Source: Actinomycetota bacterium (GTDB lineage Bacteria; Actinomycetota; Acidimicrobiia; Acidimicrobiales; Microtrichaceae). From it: DNA of 40,821 nt. Within the stretch, counting starts at the first letter, position 1; every line of letters begins with the position of its first letter. Below, one piece after another: positions 8,134 through 16,654 of the stretch. A program made the translations under genes and the position numbers. The notes under the pieces are model-generated. The model was not told the DNA's origin. It did no database searches and was given only the letters and a program-made list of their open reading frames with translations. The stretch covers positions 1 to 40,821 of the forward strand of contig SXMI01000035.1 of the NCBI GenBank assembly GCA_005777415.1, in the 5' to 3' direction.

Positions 8134-8681
8134 TGCTCCGACGACTGACCGAACGGGCGGTCCACTGGGTCTTCGGCGACGGGCTCGGCGCCGACCTGGC
8201 CGCCCGGGGGGCGGGGTTCCTGGCCGAGGGCCTGCGGGATGCCGTCGACCGGCCGCCGCAGGACCTGACCGGTGTCCGTCTGCGCCCCGGGGAGGCGTAC
8301 CTGGTGGTGGCTCGGCCGCCGGCGACCCGCCGCCAGCGCCGCCTCGCCGCCCGACAGCGCGGCCTCGCCGAGCGGGATCGTCACCTGAGTCGGCCGAGCC
8401 GCCGTCAGCTGCGCACCGCCCGCCGCCTGTCACGGGTCCAGCGCCGCTCGGACCGCGCCCGGCCCGGTTCACGTCGGGCCCGCAGGCTGGCCGCCGCTGA
8501 ACGGACGGCCGGTGAGCGGTTCGACAAGGACCTGGCTCCGACCCGTCGCCAGCAGGCCGTCCGGACGCAGCTGCTCGAGGTCACCCGGGAGCTGGACGAG
8601 TCGCGGGCCGCCAGCTTCGACGCCGCCCGGGAGCGCCGTTCCCGTCGGCGCCGTCGACCCGCAGACCGCTTCTACGCCTGA
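8133..8681 (+). CDS. Hypothetical Arg-rich protein (182 aa)
   Basis: Track ORF. Its ATG overlaps the previous stop by 1 nt (TGATG). No family was recognised. The composition is only moderately protein-like. Confidence 0.4.
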   Translation: MLRRLTERAVHWVFGDGLGADLAARGAGFLAEGLRDAVDRPPQDLTGVRLRPGEAYLVVARPPATRRQRRLAARQRGLAERDRHLSRPSRRQLRTARRLSRVQRRSDRARPGSRRARRLAAAERTAGERFDKDLAPTRRQQAVRTQLLEVTRELDESRAASFDAARERRSRRRRRPADRFYA

Positions 8682-8742
8682 GGTCCCGTTGCGGATCGCT
8701 GCGGGTGTGTGGGCCGGTCGCCGGCACGCGAGACTGCCCGCC

Positions 8743-8943
8743 GTGAAGGTGCGTCTCCGCAACCCGGAACGAGAACTGGAGGTCCCGGGCCCGGCCCTGG
8801 TGTCGGTGGTCCTCGAGCGTCTCGGGATCAACCGTGAGTCGGTGCTCGTCATCCGCAACGGCACGATCGTCCCCGGCGACGAGCGGGTGGAGGACGACGA
8901 GTCGATCGAGGTGCGCCCGGTGATCTCGGGCGGTGCCGGGTGA
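8743..8943 (+). CDS. ttuB: ThiS/MoaD-fold sulfur-carrier (TtuB-like ubiquitin-like protein), 66 aa, C-terminus ...VISGGAG
   Basis: Starts at the GTG at 8743, within track ORF 8512..8943. The sequence is VKVRLRNPERELEVPGPALVSVVLERLGINRESVLVIRNGTIVPGDERVEDDESIEVRPVISGGAG. Size and pattern are those of ThiS/TtuB, and it lies immediately upstream of a TtuA-type gene. Confidence 0.65.
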   Translation: MKVRLRNPERELEVPGPALVSVVLERLGINRESVLVIRNGTIVPGDERVEDDESIEVRPVISGGAG

Positions 8944-8956
8944 AGGCGGTCCGCTC

Positions 8957-9955
8957 GTGAAGTGCACCGTCTGCCGAGGCGCAGCGTTGGTGGACCTCCG
9001 CCGTCACAACGCGGCCTTCTGCGGCGAACACCTGAGCAGGTTCTGTCGGGACCAGGTGACTCGAGCGATCGAGGACTTCGACATGCTCGCCCCCGGCGAC
9101 CGGGTGCTCGTGGCCGTGTCGGGAGGGAAGGACTCGCTGGCGCTCTGGCACATCCTCGGCGAGCTGGGCATCGAGGCCGATGGGTTCAGCATCGGGCTCG
9201 GCATCGGTGGGTACAGCGAGGCGTCGACGGAGTGCACCCGCCGGTTCGCGGCCGAACACGGACTCCACCTGCTCGAGTGCGACCTGCGGGAGCGCTTCGG
9301 CACGGACGTCCCGACCGCAGCAGCGGCGGCGAAGCGCGTGCCCTGCTCGGCCTGTGGGCTGTCGAAGCGGCATCTGTTCGACAGCGCGGCGGTCGAGGGC
9401 GGCTACGACGTCGTGGCGACGGGCCACAACCTCGACGACGAGGCGGCGGTCCTGTTCGGCAACGTGCTGCACTGGCACACGGAGTACCTGGCCCGTCAGG
9501 CGCCCGTGCTCCCGGCGGCCCACGGGTTCCCGCGGAAGGTCAAGCCGCTCGTCCGCCTCGCCGAGCGGGAGACCGCGGCGTACTGCATCGTGAACGGGAT
9601 CGACTACCAGGTGGAGGAGTGCCCCATGTCGGCGGGCAACCGTCACCTGGGGTACAAGGAGGCGCTCGCAGACCTCGAGCTGCGTTCGCCGGGGTCCAAG
9701 GCGTCGTTCTACTTCGGTTACCTCCGGGAGGCCGCCGACCGGTTCCGCTCCGACGGTTCCGCCGGCGAGCCCGACGGGCCGGTGCCCTGCGGTCGGTGCG
9801 GGGCCCCTTGCTCGGGCGAGATCTGCTCCTTCTGCCGCCTGCTCGACCGGGCCGGCGCGGCACCCCTCGCCGTCGACGGCCCACCGGTCGCCGTGCCCGT
9901 TCGACTGGGACGGAGCGATCAGCCCGTTGCCCCGCACCCCGGAGCGTCTGCGTGA
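8957..9955 (+). CDS. ttuA: tRNA 2-thiolation PP-loop ATPase, TtuA/TtcA family (Fe-S dependent sulfurtransferase)
   Basis: It has an N-terminal zinc finger (KCTVC...FCGEH), the PP-loop SGGKDS, cluster cysteines CSACG and ECPMS, and a C-terminal zinc finger CGRCG...CSFC. The preferred start is the GTG at 8957 (VKCTVC). The track start at 8933 is an alternative. Confidence 0.8.
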   Translation: MKCTVCRGAALVDLRRHNAAFCGEHLSRFCRDQVTRAIEDFDMLAPGDRVLVAVSGGKDSLALWHILGELGIEADGFSIGLGIGGYSEASTECTRRFAAEHGLHLLECDLRERFGTDVPTAAAAAKRVPCSACGLSKRHLFDSAAVEGGYDVVATGHNLDDEAAVLFGNVLHWHTEYLARQAPVLPAAHGFPRKVKPLVRLAERETAAYCIVNGIDYQVEECPMSAGNRHLGYKEALADLELRSPGSKASFYFGYLREAADRFRSDGSAGEPDGPVPCGRCGAPCSGEICSFCRLLDRAGAAPLAVDGPPVAVPVRLGRSDQPVAPHPGASA

Positions 9956-10794
9956 ACGGGGACCTGGGCGACGACGCCGGCATCCCGGCCGAACCCGGGC
10001 CGTCGCCACGGCCGACCGAGGTTGCCCCGGCGGCGCTCAGGGTGGGTGACCTGGTCCAGTTCGTCGATGTCAAGGGCCGGCGCTACCAGGCGACCCTCCG
10101 GCCGGGCGGTCAGTTCCACTCGCACGCCGGGTTCGTCGAGCACGACGACGTGGTGGGGCTCCCCGACGCCAGCACGGTGCTGACGACGAAGGGCCAGCGG
10201 CTGGTGGTGGTCCGCCCGACCCTGTCGGACTTCGTGTTCAAGATGCCCCGCGGTGCCCAGGTGATCTACCCCAAGGACCTGGGCCCGATCCTGATGCTGG
10301 CGGACATCGCACCGGGCGTCCGGGTGCTCGAGAGCGGCGTGGGGTCGGGGGCGCTGTCCATGGCGATGCTCCGGGCCGGAGCGGAGGTCGTCGGCTACGA
10401 GATCCGCGAGGACTTCGCCGAGCGGGCGCAGGCGAACGTCGACCGGTTCGCCGGCGAGCTGGCCGCGGACCGGTACCGCATCGAGCTGCGGGACTGCTAC
10501 GAGGGCATCGACGAGCGTTCGGTGGATCGGGTGGTGCTGGACCTCCCGGAACCCTGGCGAGTGGTGCCCCACGCCGTCGAGGCCCTCCGTCCGGGCGGGA
10601 TCCTGTTGGCGTACACGCCGAGCACGGTGCAGGTGTCGCAGGTCCGGGACGCGATCGCCGAGGCGCCGTTCTTCGACGCATCGACGCTCGAGGTCATGCA
10701 GCGCGGCTGGTACGTGGAAGGGGCGGCGGTCCGACCCGACCACCGCATGGTCGGGCACACCGGGTTCCTGACGGTGGCCCGACGGCTCGCGTGA
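9952..10794 (+). CDS. trmI: tRNA (adenine58-N1)-methyltransferase TrmI (Rv2118c-like)
   Basis: The GTG at 9952 overlaps the ttuA stop (GTGA). Length is 280 aa. Motifs seen are PRGAQVIYPKDLGPILMLADIAPGVRVLESGVGSGALS, DLPEPW and RPDHRMVGHTGFL. Confidence 0.85.
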   Translation: MNGDLGDDAGIPAEPGPSPRPTEVAPAALRVGDLVQFVDVKGRRYQATLRPGGQFHSHAGFVEHDDVVGLPDASTVLTTKGQRLVVVRPTLSDFVFKMPRGAQVIYPKDLGPILMLADIAPGVRVLESGVGSGALSMAMLRAGAEVVGYEIREDFAERAQANVDRFAGELAADRYRIELRDCYEGIDERSVDRVVLDLPEPWRVVPHAVEALRPGGILLAYTPSTVQVSQVRDAIAEAPFFDASTLEVMQRGWYVEGAAVRPDHRMVGHTGFLTVARRLA

Positions 10795-11948
10795 ACCCGC
10801 TCGACCTGCTCATCCTGGCGGCGGCCCTCGTCGCCGTCGTCGCCGGGTGGCGGATGGGGTTCCTGGCCCGGGCCTTCGGCTGGGCCGGGGCCGGTGTGGG
10901 TGTGGTGGCGGCGCTGGTGCTGGTGCCGAGGCTCGTGGAGCGTCTCGATCTGGAGTCGCGGGCCGTCGTGGCCGTCACGAGCGCCCTGGCGGCCCTGGCG
11001 CTGGTGACGCTCGGCCAGGGCGTCGGCGCAGCGATCGGGGCGAGGATGCGTCCGGGCGCGTCGGTGCCCCACTGGCGACTGCTCGACGCGGCCGGGGGCG
11101 CCGCACTCGGCATGTGCGTGGTGGCGGTCCTCGTCTGGCTGCTCGTGCCCGTGCTGGCCCGCACCGACGGGTGGACGGCGAGCCTGGCCCGGAACTCGAA
11201 ACTCGCCGAGCTGGCGGCCAGGTACCTCCCGGAGCCGCCGCCGGTGCTCGACGAGTTGCAGCGCCGCCTGGAGACCGGCGACTTCCCGGAGCTCTTCGCG
11301 GATCTGGAGCCCGCACCGGAGCTCCCACCGCCGCCCGAGGGTTCTGCGATCGACGCCGCTCAGCTCGCGTCGCTCGCCGCGGGGGTCGTGCGGGTGGAGG
11401 GAGAAGCCTGCGACTCGCTGCAGACCGGGAGTGGGTTCGCCATCGCTCCCGGGCTGGTGGTGACCAACGCCCACGTGGTCGCCGGGACCGGCCGCAGCGA
11501 GCTGGAGACCCCGGACGGTCGGCGGGGCAGCGGCCGGGTCGTGGCGTTCGACCCGAGCATCGACCTGGCTGTCGTGGCGACCGATCTCGAACTGGAGGTC
11601 CTGCCCACCGGAACGGCGGCGGTGGGCGACACCGGACTCGTCCTCGGGTTCCCGGGCGGTGGCCCCCTCGACCCGTCGCCCTTCGCCGTGGGCGAGCTGC
11701 TCCGGGCGAGAGGGCTCGACATCTACGACCGGGCGCAGGTGGAGCGGTCGCTGGTCGTGCTCGCCGCCGAGCTGGCGCCGGGCGACTCGGGGAGCGCCGT
11801 CGTCCGGGACGACGGCAGGGTCGTGGCGGTGGCCGTGGCCATCGCCCCGGACCGGCCGGGCGTCGCCTATGCGCTGCGGGTCGAGGACGTGCTCGACGAC
11901 CTGGAGCGTGTCTCCGGGCCGGTGGACACCGGAGCGTGCCTGGCCTGA
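10791..11948 (+). CDS. marP: MarP-like membrane serine protease (CvpA-type TM domain plus trypsin-like S1 domain)
   Basis: The GTG overlaps the trmI stop (GTGA). The N-terminus has 4 TM helices (LDLLILAAALVAVVAGWRMGF...). The protease domain has GSGFAIAPGLVVTNAHVV, DLAV and GDSGSAV, which are the His/Asp/Ser triad contexts. Confidence 0.8.
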   Translation: MNPLDLLILAAALVAVVAGWRMGFLARAFGWAGAGVGVVAALVLVPRLVERLDLESRAVVAVTSALAALALVTLGQGVGAAIGARMRPGASVPHWRLLDAAGGAALGMCVVAVLVWLLVPVLARTDGWTASLARNSKLAELAARYLPEPPPVLDELQRRLETGDFPELFADLEPAPELPPPPEGSAIDAAQLASLAAGVVRVEGEACDSLQTGSGFAIAPGLVVTNAHVVAGTGRSELETPDGRRGSGRVVAFDPSIDLAVVATDLELEVLPTGTAAVGDTGLVLGFPGGGPLDPSPFAVGELLRARGLDIYDRAQVERSLVVLAAELAPGDSGSAVVRDDGRVVAVAVAIAPDRPGVAYALRVEDVLDDLERVSGPVDTGACLA

Positions 11949-11975
11949 GTCGGAGGGCGCGAGTGTGCCGGCCGG

Positions 11976-11981
11976 TAGGGT
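11976..11981 (+). promoter_or_regulatory. Candidate -10 hexamer TAGGGT (leaderless)
   Basis: TAGGGT-tcgtgc-ATG(11988), a 6-nt spacer. Confidence 0.3.
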
Positions 11982-11987
11982 TCGTGC

Positions 11988-12464
11988 ATGAGCGACCCCC
12001 AGCATCCTCCCGTCGGCGACGAGCCCACCGCCGTGTCCGGCGAACCCGTCACCGGAGGTGAACCGACCACCGCCATGCCCGCAGTCGACCCCTCGGGTTC
12101 GGGAGGGGCGAATGTCCCACCGCCGGTCGCCGGCGACGGGAGCGGGGGCGGCCCCACGGGGGTTCCGGCCTGGGCCTGGGTAATCGTCGCCGCGATCCTG
12201 CTGGTGGGTGGCGGGATCGCGTTCGCCGTGACTCGGAGCGGTGGAGGGTCGACGACCACGACGGTCCCGGCGACCACGGAGCGTCCGACGTCATCGACGC
12301 CGCCGACCTCGAAGGCCCCCTCGACCACGCGCCCGACGACCACCACCCGCCCGACGACCACCACATCGTCGAGCACAACGACGACCACGACGAGCACCAC
12401 GACGACGAGCACCACTCCGCCGCTGACGCTGTCCACGGCTCCCGACAGGCTGGCGCCGCCGTGA
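11988..12464 (+). CDS. Single-pass membrane protein with a Thr/Pro/Ser-rich low-complexity ectodomain (mucin-like)
   Basis: Track ORF of 158 aa with one TM helix (WAWVIVAAILLVGGGIAFAV). This is followed by TTTTVPATTERPTSSTPPTSKAPSTTRPTTTTRPTTTTSSSTTTTTTSTTTTSTTPP. Confidence 0.55.
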   Translation: MSDPQHPPVGDEPTAVSGEPVTGGEPTTAMPAVDPSGSGGANVPPPVAGDGSGGGPTGVPAWAWVIVAAILLVGGGIAFAVTRSGGGSTTTTVPATTERPTSSTPPTSKAPSTTRPTTTTRPTTTTSSSTTTTTTSTTTTSTTPPLTLSTAPDRLAPP

Positions 12465-12566
12465 TCTGCGGCCAGCGACGGGGTGACCTACGGCCGGTCG
12501 ACGTCCTCAGGAACGAAAGCCGCCCGAACCTCAGCCCGGTCGGCTGCGTTCGGTAGGGCGAGGGTT

Positions 12567-12596
12567 CACCGGCGGACGGTCGTTCCGGCCGCCGGT
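12567..12596. terminator. Candidate hairpin between convergent genes
   Basis: caccggcgg (12567-12575) pairs with ccgccggt (12589-12596), an 8-bp GC stem with a 13-nt loop. It lies just 3' of the ferredoxin stop. There is no U-tract. Confidence 0.25.
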
Positions 12597-12600
12597 CGGA

Positions 12601-12849
12601 TCACTCCTCGTCGGACTCGATGTAGATGCACTCGCCGGGGCACTCCTCGGCGGACTCCACGACACCCTCGATCTCGCCGGGCGGGATGATGGCGATGCCC
12701 TCGGCGCCGCCCGGGTCGGAGAACACCTTGTCGCCCTCCTTGACGTAGGCCAGGCCGTCGTCGAGGAGCGTGAAGACTGCGGGGGAGATCTCCTCGCAGA
12801 GACCGTCGCCGGTGCAGAGATCCTGATCGATCCAGACCTTCAGGGCCAT
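12601..12849 (-). CDS. Small ferredoxin (single-cluster, CxxDxxC...CP type)
   Basis: The sequence is MALKVWIDQDLCTGDGLCEEISPAVF...ESAEECPGECIYIESDEE. Starts at the ATG at 12849, within track ORF 12601..12984. Length is 82 aa. Confidence 0.8.
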   Translation of the reverse strand: MALKVWIDQDLCTGDGLCEEISPAVFTLLDDGLAYVKEGDKVFSDPGGAEGIAIIPPGEIEGVVESAEECPGECIYIESDEE

Positions 12850-12919
12850 GTGCTGTGACCTGCCTTGTGTGAGCCGGCGCTCGCCGGGGGGAGTGACACC
12901 CGGAGTGTAGCCACAGGAG

Positions 12920-12949
12920 GAATTTCCACGGAACCCGGGTGGGAAATTC
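12920..12949. promoter_or_regulatory. AT-rich inverted repeat GAATTTCC-N14-GGAAATTC, a candidate operator in the ferredoxin/arc divergent region
   Basis: Perfect 8-bp arms lie at 12920-12927 and 12942-12949. The spacer contains the palindrome ACCCGGGT (12933-12940). It is the most AT-rich palindromic element in a 207-bp intergenic region. Confidence 0.35.
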
Positions 12950-13056
12950 GCCGCGCGCCGGAGGAGGCGACCGGACGGTGGCACTCCGGCAGGTCCCCGC
13001 CGGGGTAGAACGACAGGGTGCGGTCGAGATCGGCTGCCCAGTCGAGGGGGTCACCC

Positions 13057-14814
13057 GTGAACGAGGACGACGTCGACCGAACGGTACCCGCCGAGGATGC
13101 GGACCTGCAGGCGCAGGTCCGCGAGCTCGAGGACGAGGTCGCCTCGCTGCTCCGGCGCCTGCAGGACGGGCCCAAGCGGGTCCGCACGCTCGAGGAGCGG
13201 CTCCTCGAGACCAAGGGCCAGCTCGCCCAGGCGGTGAGCCAGAACGAGAAGCTCACCGCCACCCTCCGAGAGGCCCGCGACCACATCGCCGCCCTCCGTG
13301 AGGAGGTCGACAAGCTGACCCAGCCGCCGGCGGCGTACGCCACGTTCCTCGGTCGCAACGACGACGGCACCGTCGACGTGCAGGCCGCCGGGCGCAAGAT
13401 GCGCGTCCAGGTCTCGCCGGGTGTGGAGGTGGACGCGCTCGAACGCGGCGCCGAGGTCGTCCTCAACGACGCGTACAACGTGGTGCTGGCCCGCACCCCT
13501 GAGGGGTCCGGTGAGACCGTCACGCTGGTCGAGGTCCTCGAGGACGGCCTTCGAGCCCTGGTCGTGGGTCGGGCCGACGAGCAGCGTGTGGCGGAGCTCG
13601 GTGACTCGCTGCGCCGGGGCCGGCTGAGGAGCGGGGACGTCCTGCTCGTGGACCCACGCAGCGGCGTCCTGCTCGAACGGCTCCCGCGTCCCGAGGTTGA
13701 GGAGCTCGTGCTCGAGGAGGTGCCCGACATCTCCTACGAGGACATCGGCGGCCTCGACGTCCAGATCGAGCAGATCACCGATGCGGTGGAGCTCCCGTTC
13801 CTGCACCAGGAGCTGTTCGCCGAGTACGACCTTCCCGCCCCCAAGGGGATCCTGCTCTACGGCCCCCCGGGGTGCGGCAAGACCCTGATCGCCAAGGCGG
13901 TCGCCAACAGCATGGCCAAGAAGGTGACCGAGGCGACCGGCCGGTCGGCGCGCAGCTTCTTCCTGAACATCAAGGGGCCGGAGCTGTTGAACAAGTACGT
14001 GGGGGAGACCGAGCGCCACATCCGCCTGGTCTTCCAGCGGGCCCGGGAGAAGGCCGCCGAGGGCGTGCCCGTCATCGTGTTCTTCGACGAGATGGAGTCG
14101 CTGTTCCGGACGCGGGGGACCGGCATCTCCTCCGACATGGAGGCGACGATCGTCCCGCAGCTCCTCGCCGAGATCGACGGGGTGGAGACGCTCCGGAACG
14201 TGATCGTGATCGGCGCCTCGAACCGGGAGGACCTGATCGACCCGGCCATCCTCCGCCCCGGCCGCCTCGACGTGAAGATCAAGATCAACCGGCCCGACGA
14301 ACAGGCCGCGGCGCAGATCTTCGGGAGGTACCTCACCACGACCCTGCCGCTCGACGGCTCGGAGGTGGCGGAGCTGGGCGGGGGCGATCCCGACAAGGCC
14401 GTGCGCGTGATGATCGAGCGCACGGTGGAGGAGATGTACCGGGACGACGAGGCCAACCAGTTCCTCGAGGTGACCTACCAGAACGGTGACAAGGAGGTCA
14501 TGTACTTCAAGGACTTCTCCTCCGGCGCCATGATCGAGAACATCGTCCGGCGGGCCAAGAAGCTGGCGATCAAGCGGGAGCTCGCCGGCGGGCCTCGGGG
14601 AGTTCGCACCCAGGACCTGATCGACTCCATCCACCAGGAGTACAAGGAGCACGAGGACCTCCCGAACACGACCAACCCGGACGACTGGGCGAAGATCTCG
14701 GGCAAGAAGGGCGAGCGGATCGTGTACGTGCGCACGCTCGTGCACCACGACGAGTCCGAGGACCCCGAGGGCGGTCGCTCGATCGAGCGTGTCGCCACCG
14801 GTCAGTACCTCTAG
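13057..14814 (+). CDS. arc: Proteasome-associated AAA+ ATPase ARC/Mpa
   Basis: It has an N-terminal coiled coil, Walker A GPPGCGKT, Walker [11 protein letters not shown], and the C-terminal docking motif GQYL. The preferred start is the GTG at 13057, which has GAGGGGG upstream. The track start at 13018 is an alternative. Confidence 0.95.
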   Translation: MNEDDVDRTVPAEDADLQAQVRELEDEVASLLRRLQDGPKRVRTLEERLLETKGQLAQAVSQNEKLTATLREARDHIAALREEVDKLTQPPAAYATFLGRNDDGTVDVQAAGRKMRVQVSPGVEVDALERGAEVVLNDAYNVVLARTPEGSGETVTLVEVLEDGLRALVVGRADEQRVAELGDSLRRGRLRSGDVLLVDPRSGVLLERLPRPEVEELVLEEVPDISYEDIGGLDVQIEQITDAVELPFLHQELFAEYDLPAPKGILLYGPPGCGKTLIAKAVANSMAKKVTEATGRSARSFFLNIKGPELLNKYVGETERHIRLVFQRAREKAAEGVPVIVFFDEMESLFRTRGTGISSDMEATIVPQLLAEIDGVETLRNVIVIGASNREDLIDPAILRPGRLDVKIKINRPDEQAAAQIFGRYLTTTLPLDGSEVAELGGGDPDKAVRVMIERTVEEMYRDDEANQFLEVTYQNGDKEVMYFKDFSSGAMIENIVRRAKKLAIKRELAGGPRGVRTQDLIDSIHQEYKEHEDLPNTTNPDDWAKISGKKGERIVYVRTLVHHDESEDPEGGRSIERVATGQYL

Positions 14815-14823
14815 GCCCGGAAC

Positions 14824-16338
14824 ATGGCCATCCCCAAGATCCTCGGCATCGAGACGGAGTACGGCATCCTCGTCCGCGGCGCCGGCGAGACGAACCCCAT
14901 CGCCGCCTCCTCGACGCTCATCAACGCCTACCTGTCCTCGCTCGAGCGCGGCCGCGGCGGTCACCGGACCCAGCGTGTGGGCTGGGACTTCGAGGACGAG
15001 TCCCCGGGCGTGGACGCACGCGGCGAGGCGCTGTTGTTGTCGCTCGCCCCGGAGGTCGAGACGCACCTCGTCAACGCCGTGTTGACCAACGGCGCCCGCT
15101 ACTACGTCGACCACGCGCACCCCGAGTTCTCCTGTCCGGAGACCGCCGATCCGCGCACTGCCGTCGTGTACGACCGGGCGGGCGAGGAGATCCTGGTCCG
15201 CTCGATGGCGGCCGCCACCTCGATGCTCCCGGACGGCCACGAGATCGTCGTCTACAAGAACAACTCCGACGGCAAGGGCAACAGCTACGGCTGCCACGAG
15301 AACTATCTGCTCGACCGGTCCGTGCCCTTCGGCCGGATCGTCCTGTTCGCGACGCTGCACCTGGTGACCCGACAGATCCTGACGGGTTCGGGCAAGGTCG
15401 GCTGCGAGGTGCCGGGGGTCGGCTCCGACGAGGTGCCGTTCCAGATCACGCAGCGGGCCGACTTCTTCGAGGAGGAGGTCGGCCTCGAGACCACCCTCAA
15501 GCGACCGATCATCAACACACGTGACGAGCCCCACGCGGACGCCCAGAAGTACCGGCGGCTCCACGTCATCGCCGGCGACGCCAACATGTCGGAGACCGCC
15601 ACGTTCCTGAAGCTGGGTACGACGGCACTGATCCTGGCCATGGTCGAGGACGACGCCCTCGGCGAGCCGGTGGGTCTGGCCCGCCCGGTCCCCGCCATGC
15701 ACCAGGTGTCCCGCGATCTGACGCTCGGTCGGACGCTGGAGCTCGACGACGGGACCACGGCGACGGCGCTCGAACTGCAGTTCCGCCTGCTCGGACGCGC
15801 CGAGGCGTACGCCGATCGCCACGGGCTCGACTGCCTCGGTTCCGAGGAGGTCGGCCGGGAGGTCCTGGCGTCGTGGCGCTCGGTCCTCGAGGACCTGGAG
15901 CAGGACCCCGAGCTGACCGCCGACCGGCTGGACTGGGTGGCGAAGCGTCGGCTCGTCGAGGGGTACCGCCAGCGTGACGGCCTGGACTGGACCGACCCCA
16001 AGCTCCGGGCCCTCGACCTGCAGTACCACGATGTCCGACCCCGGTCCTCGCTGGCCCGTCGGGTCGGCCTGCGCCGGATCGTCGGCGACGACGAGGTGGA
16101 ACACGCCACGGTCGAGCCCCCGGAGGACACCCGGGCGTACTTCCGGGGCCGGTGCCTGGCCCGCTTCTCCGAGCAGGTCGTCGCCGCCAACTGGGACTCG
16201 GTCGTCTTCGACACCGGGGACGCAACCCTGCAACGGGTCCCGATGCTGGAGCCGGGCCGCGGGACGCGCGCCCACGTCGGGAACCTGATCGATGCCGCCG
16301 ACACGGCCGCGGACCTGCTCGAGGCGCTGGGGCGCTGA
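14824..16338 (+). CDS. dop: Pup deamidase/depupylase Dop
   Basis: The sequence starts ILGIETEYGI... and carries the carboxylate-amine ligase fold motifs NGARYYVDHAHPEFSCPE and [10 protein letters not shown]. It sits between arc and pup. Length is 504 aa. Confidence 0.9.
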   Translation: MAIPKILGIETEYGILVRGAGETNPIAASSTLINAYLSSLERGRGGHRTQRVGWDFEDESPGVDARGEALLLSLAPEVETHLVNAVLTNGARYYVDHAHPEFSCPETADPRTAVVYDRAGEEILVRSMAAATSMLPDGHEIVVYKNNSDGKGNSYGCHENYLLDRSVPFGRIVLFATLHLVTRQILTGSGKVGCEVPGVGSDEVPFQITQRADFFEEEVGLETTLKRPIINTRDEPHADAQKYRRLHVIAGDANMSETATFLKLGTTALILAMVEDDALGEPVGLARPVPAMHQVSRDLTLGRTLELDDGTTATALELQFRLLGRAEAYADRHGLDCLGSEEVGREVLASWRSVLEDLEQDPELTADRLDWVAKRRLVEGYRQRDGLDWTDPKLRALDLQYHDVRPRSSLARRVGLRRIVGDDEVEHATVEPPEDTRAYFRGRCLARFSEQVVAANWDSVVFDTGDATLQRVPMLEPGRGTRAHVGNLIDAADTAADLLEALGR

Positions 16339-16410
16339 GCCCGTGGCGCCGCGCCGCCGGGTGCGCCCCCGCTGAGGACGGCGCGCGGTACGGTGACGGC
16401 GGAGGTCTCC

Positions 16411-16605
16411 ATGGCAGAGCGTGCACAGAAGAAGAAGCCCGCACCGCAGCGGCAGGAGGAGTTGGTCGAGGAAGCGCCTGCGGCCAGTGACGCCGGCGAC
16501 CGCATCAAGGCCGACCTCGACGATCTCCTCGACGAGATCGACGAGGTGCTCGAGTCCAATGCCGAGGACTTCGTGAAGTCCTACATCCAGAAGGGCGGGC
16601 AGTAG
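16411..16605 (+). CDS. pup: Prokaryotic ubiquitin-like protein Pup (64 aa, C-terminal GGQ)
   Basis: The sequence is MAERAQKKKPAPQRQEE...DLDDLLDEIDEVLESNAEDFVKSYIQKGGQ. The ATG at 16411 has GGAGGT upstream. Confidence 0.9.
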   Translation: MAERAQKKKPAPQRQEELVEEAPAASDAGDRIKADLDDLLDEIDEVLESNAEDFVKSYIQKGGQ

Positions 16606-16641
16606 CCCGACCCGGCTGAGGGGCCGTTGCGTCCTCACCGC

Positions 16642-16647
16642 TAGTCT
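16642..16647 (+). promoter_or_regulatory. Candidate -10 hexamer TAGTCT (leaderless internal promoter for prcBA)
   Basis: TAGTCT-cggaacc-GTG(16655), a 7-nt spacer. Confidence 0.3.
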
Positions 16648-16654
16648 CGGAACC

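Noticed and set aside
7490-8681. Prophage lysis cassette (holin-like gene)
   Set aside because: No endolysin, portal, terminase, integrase or att-like repeats are nearby. GC content and codon style are identical to the flanks. Chromosomal holin-X-like genes are common in Actinobacteria.
12601-12984. 127-aa extended version of the ferredoxin ORF
   Set aside because: The N-terminal 45 aa are Arg/Pro-rich and would run through the intergenic inverted repeat. The ATG at 12849 gives a canonical 82-aa ferredoxin with an upstream AAGG-type ribosome-binding site.
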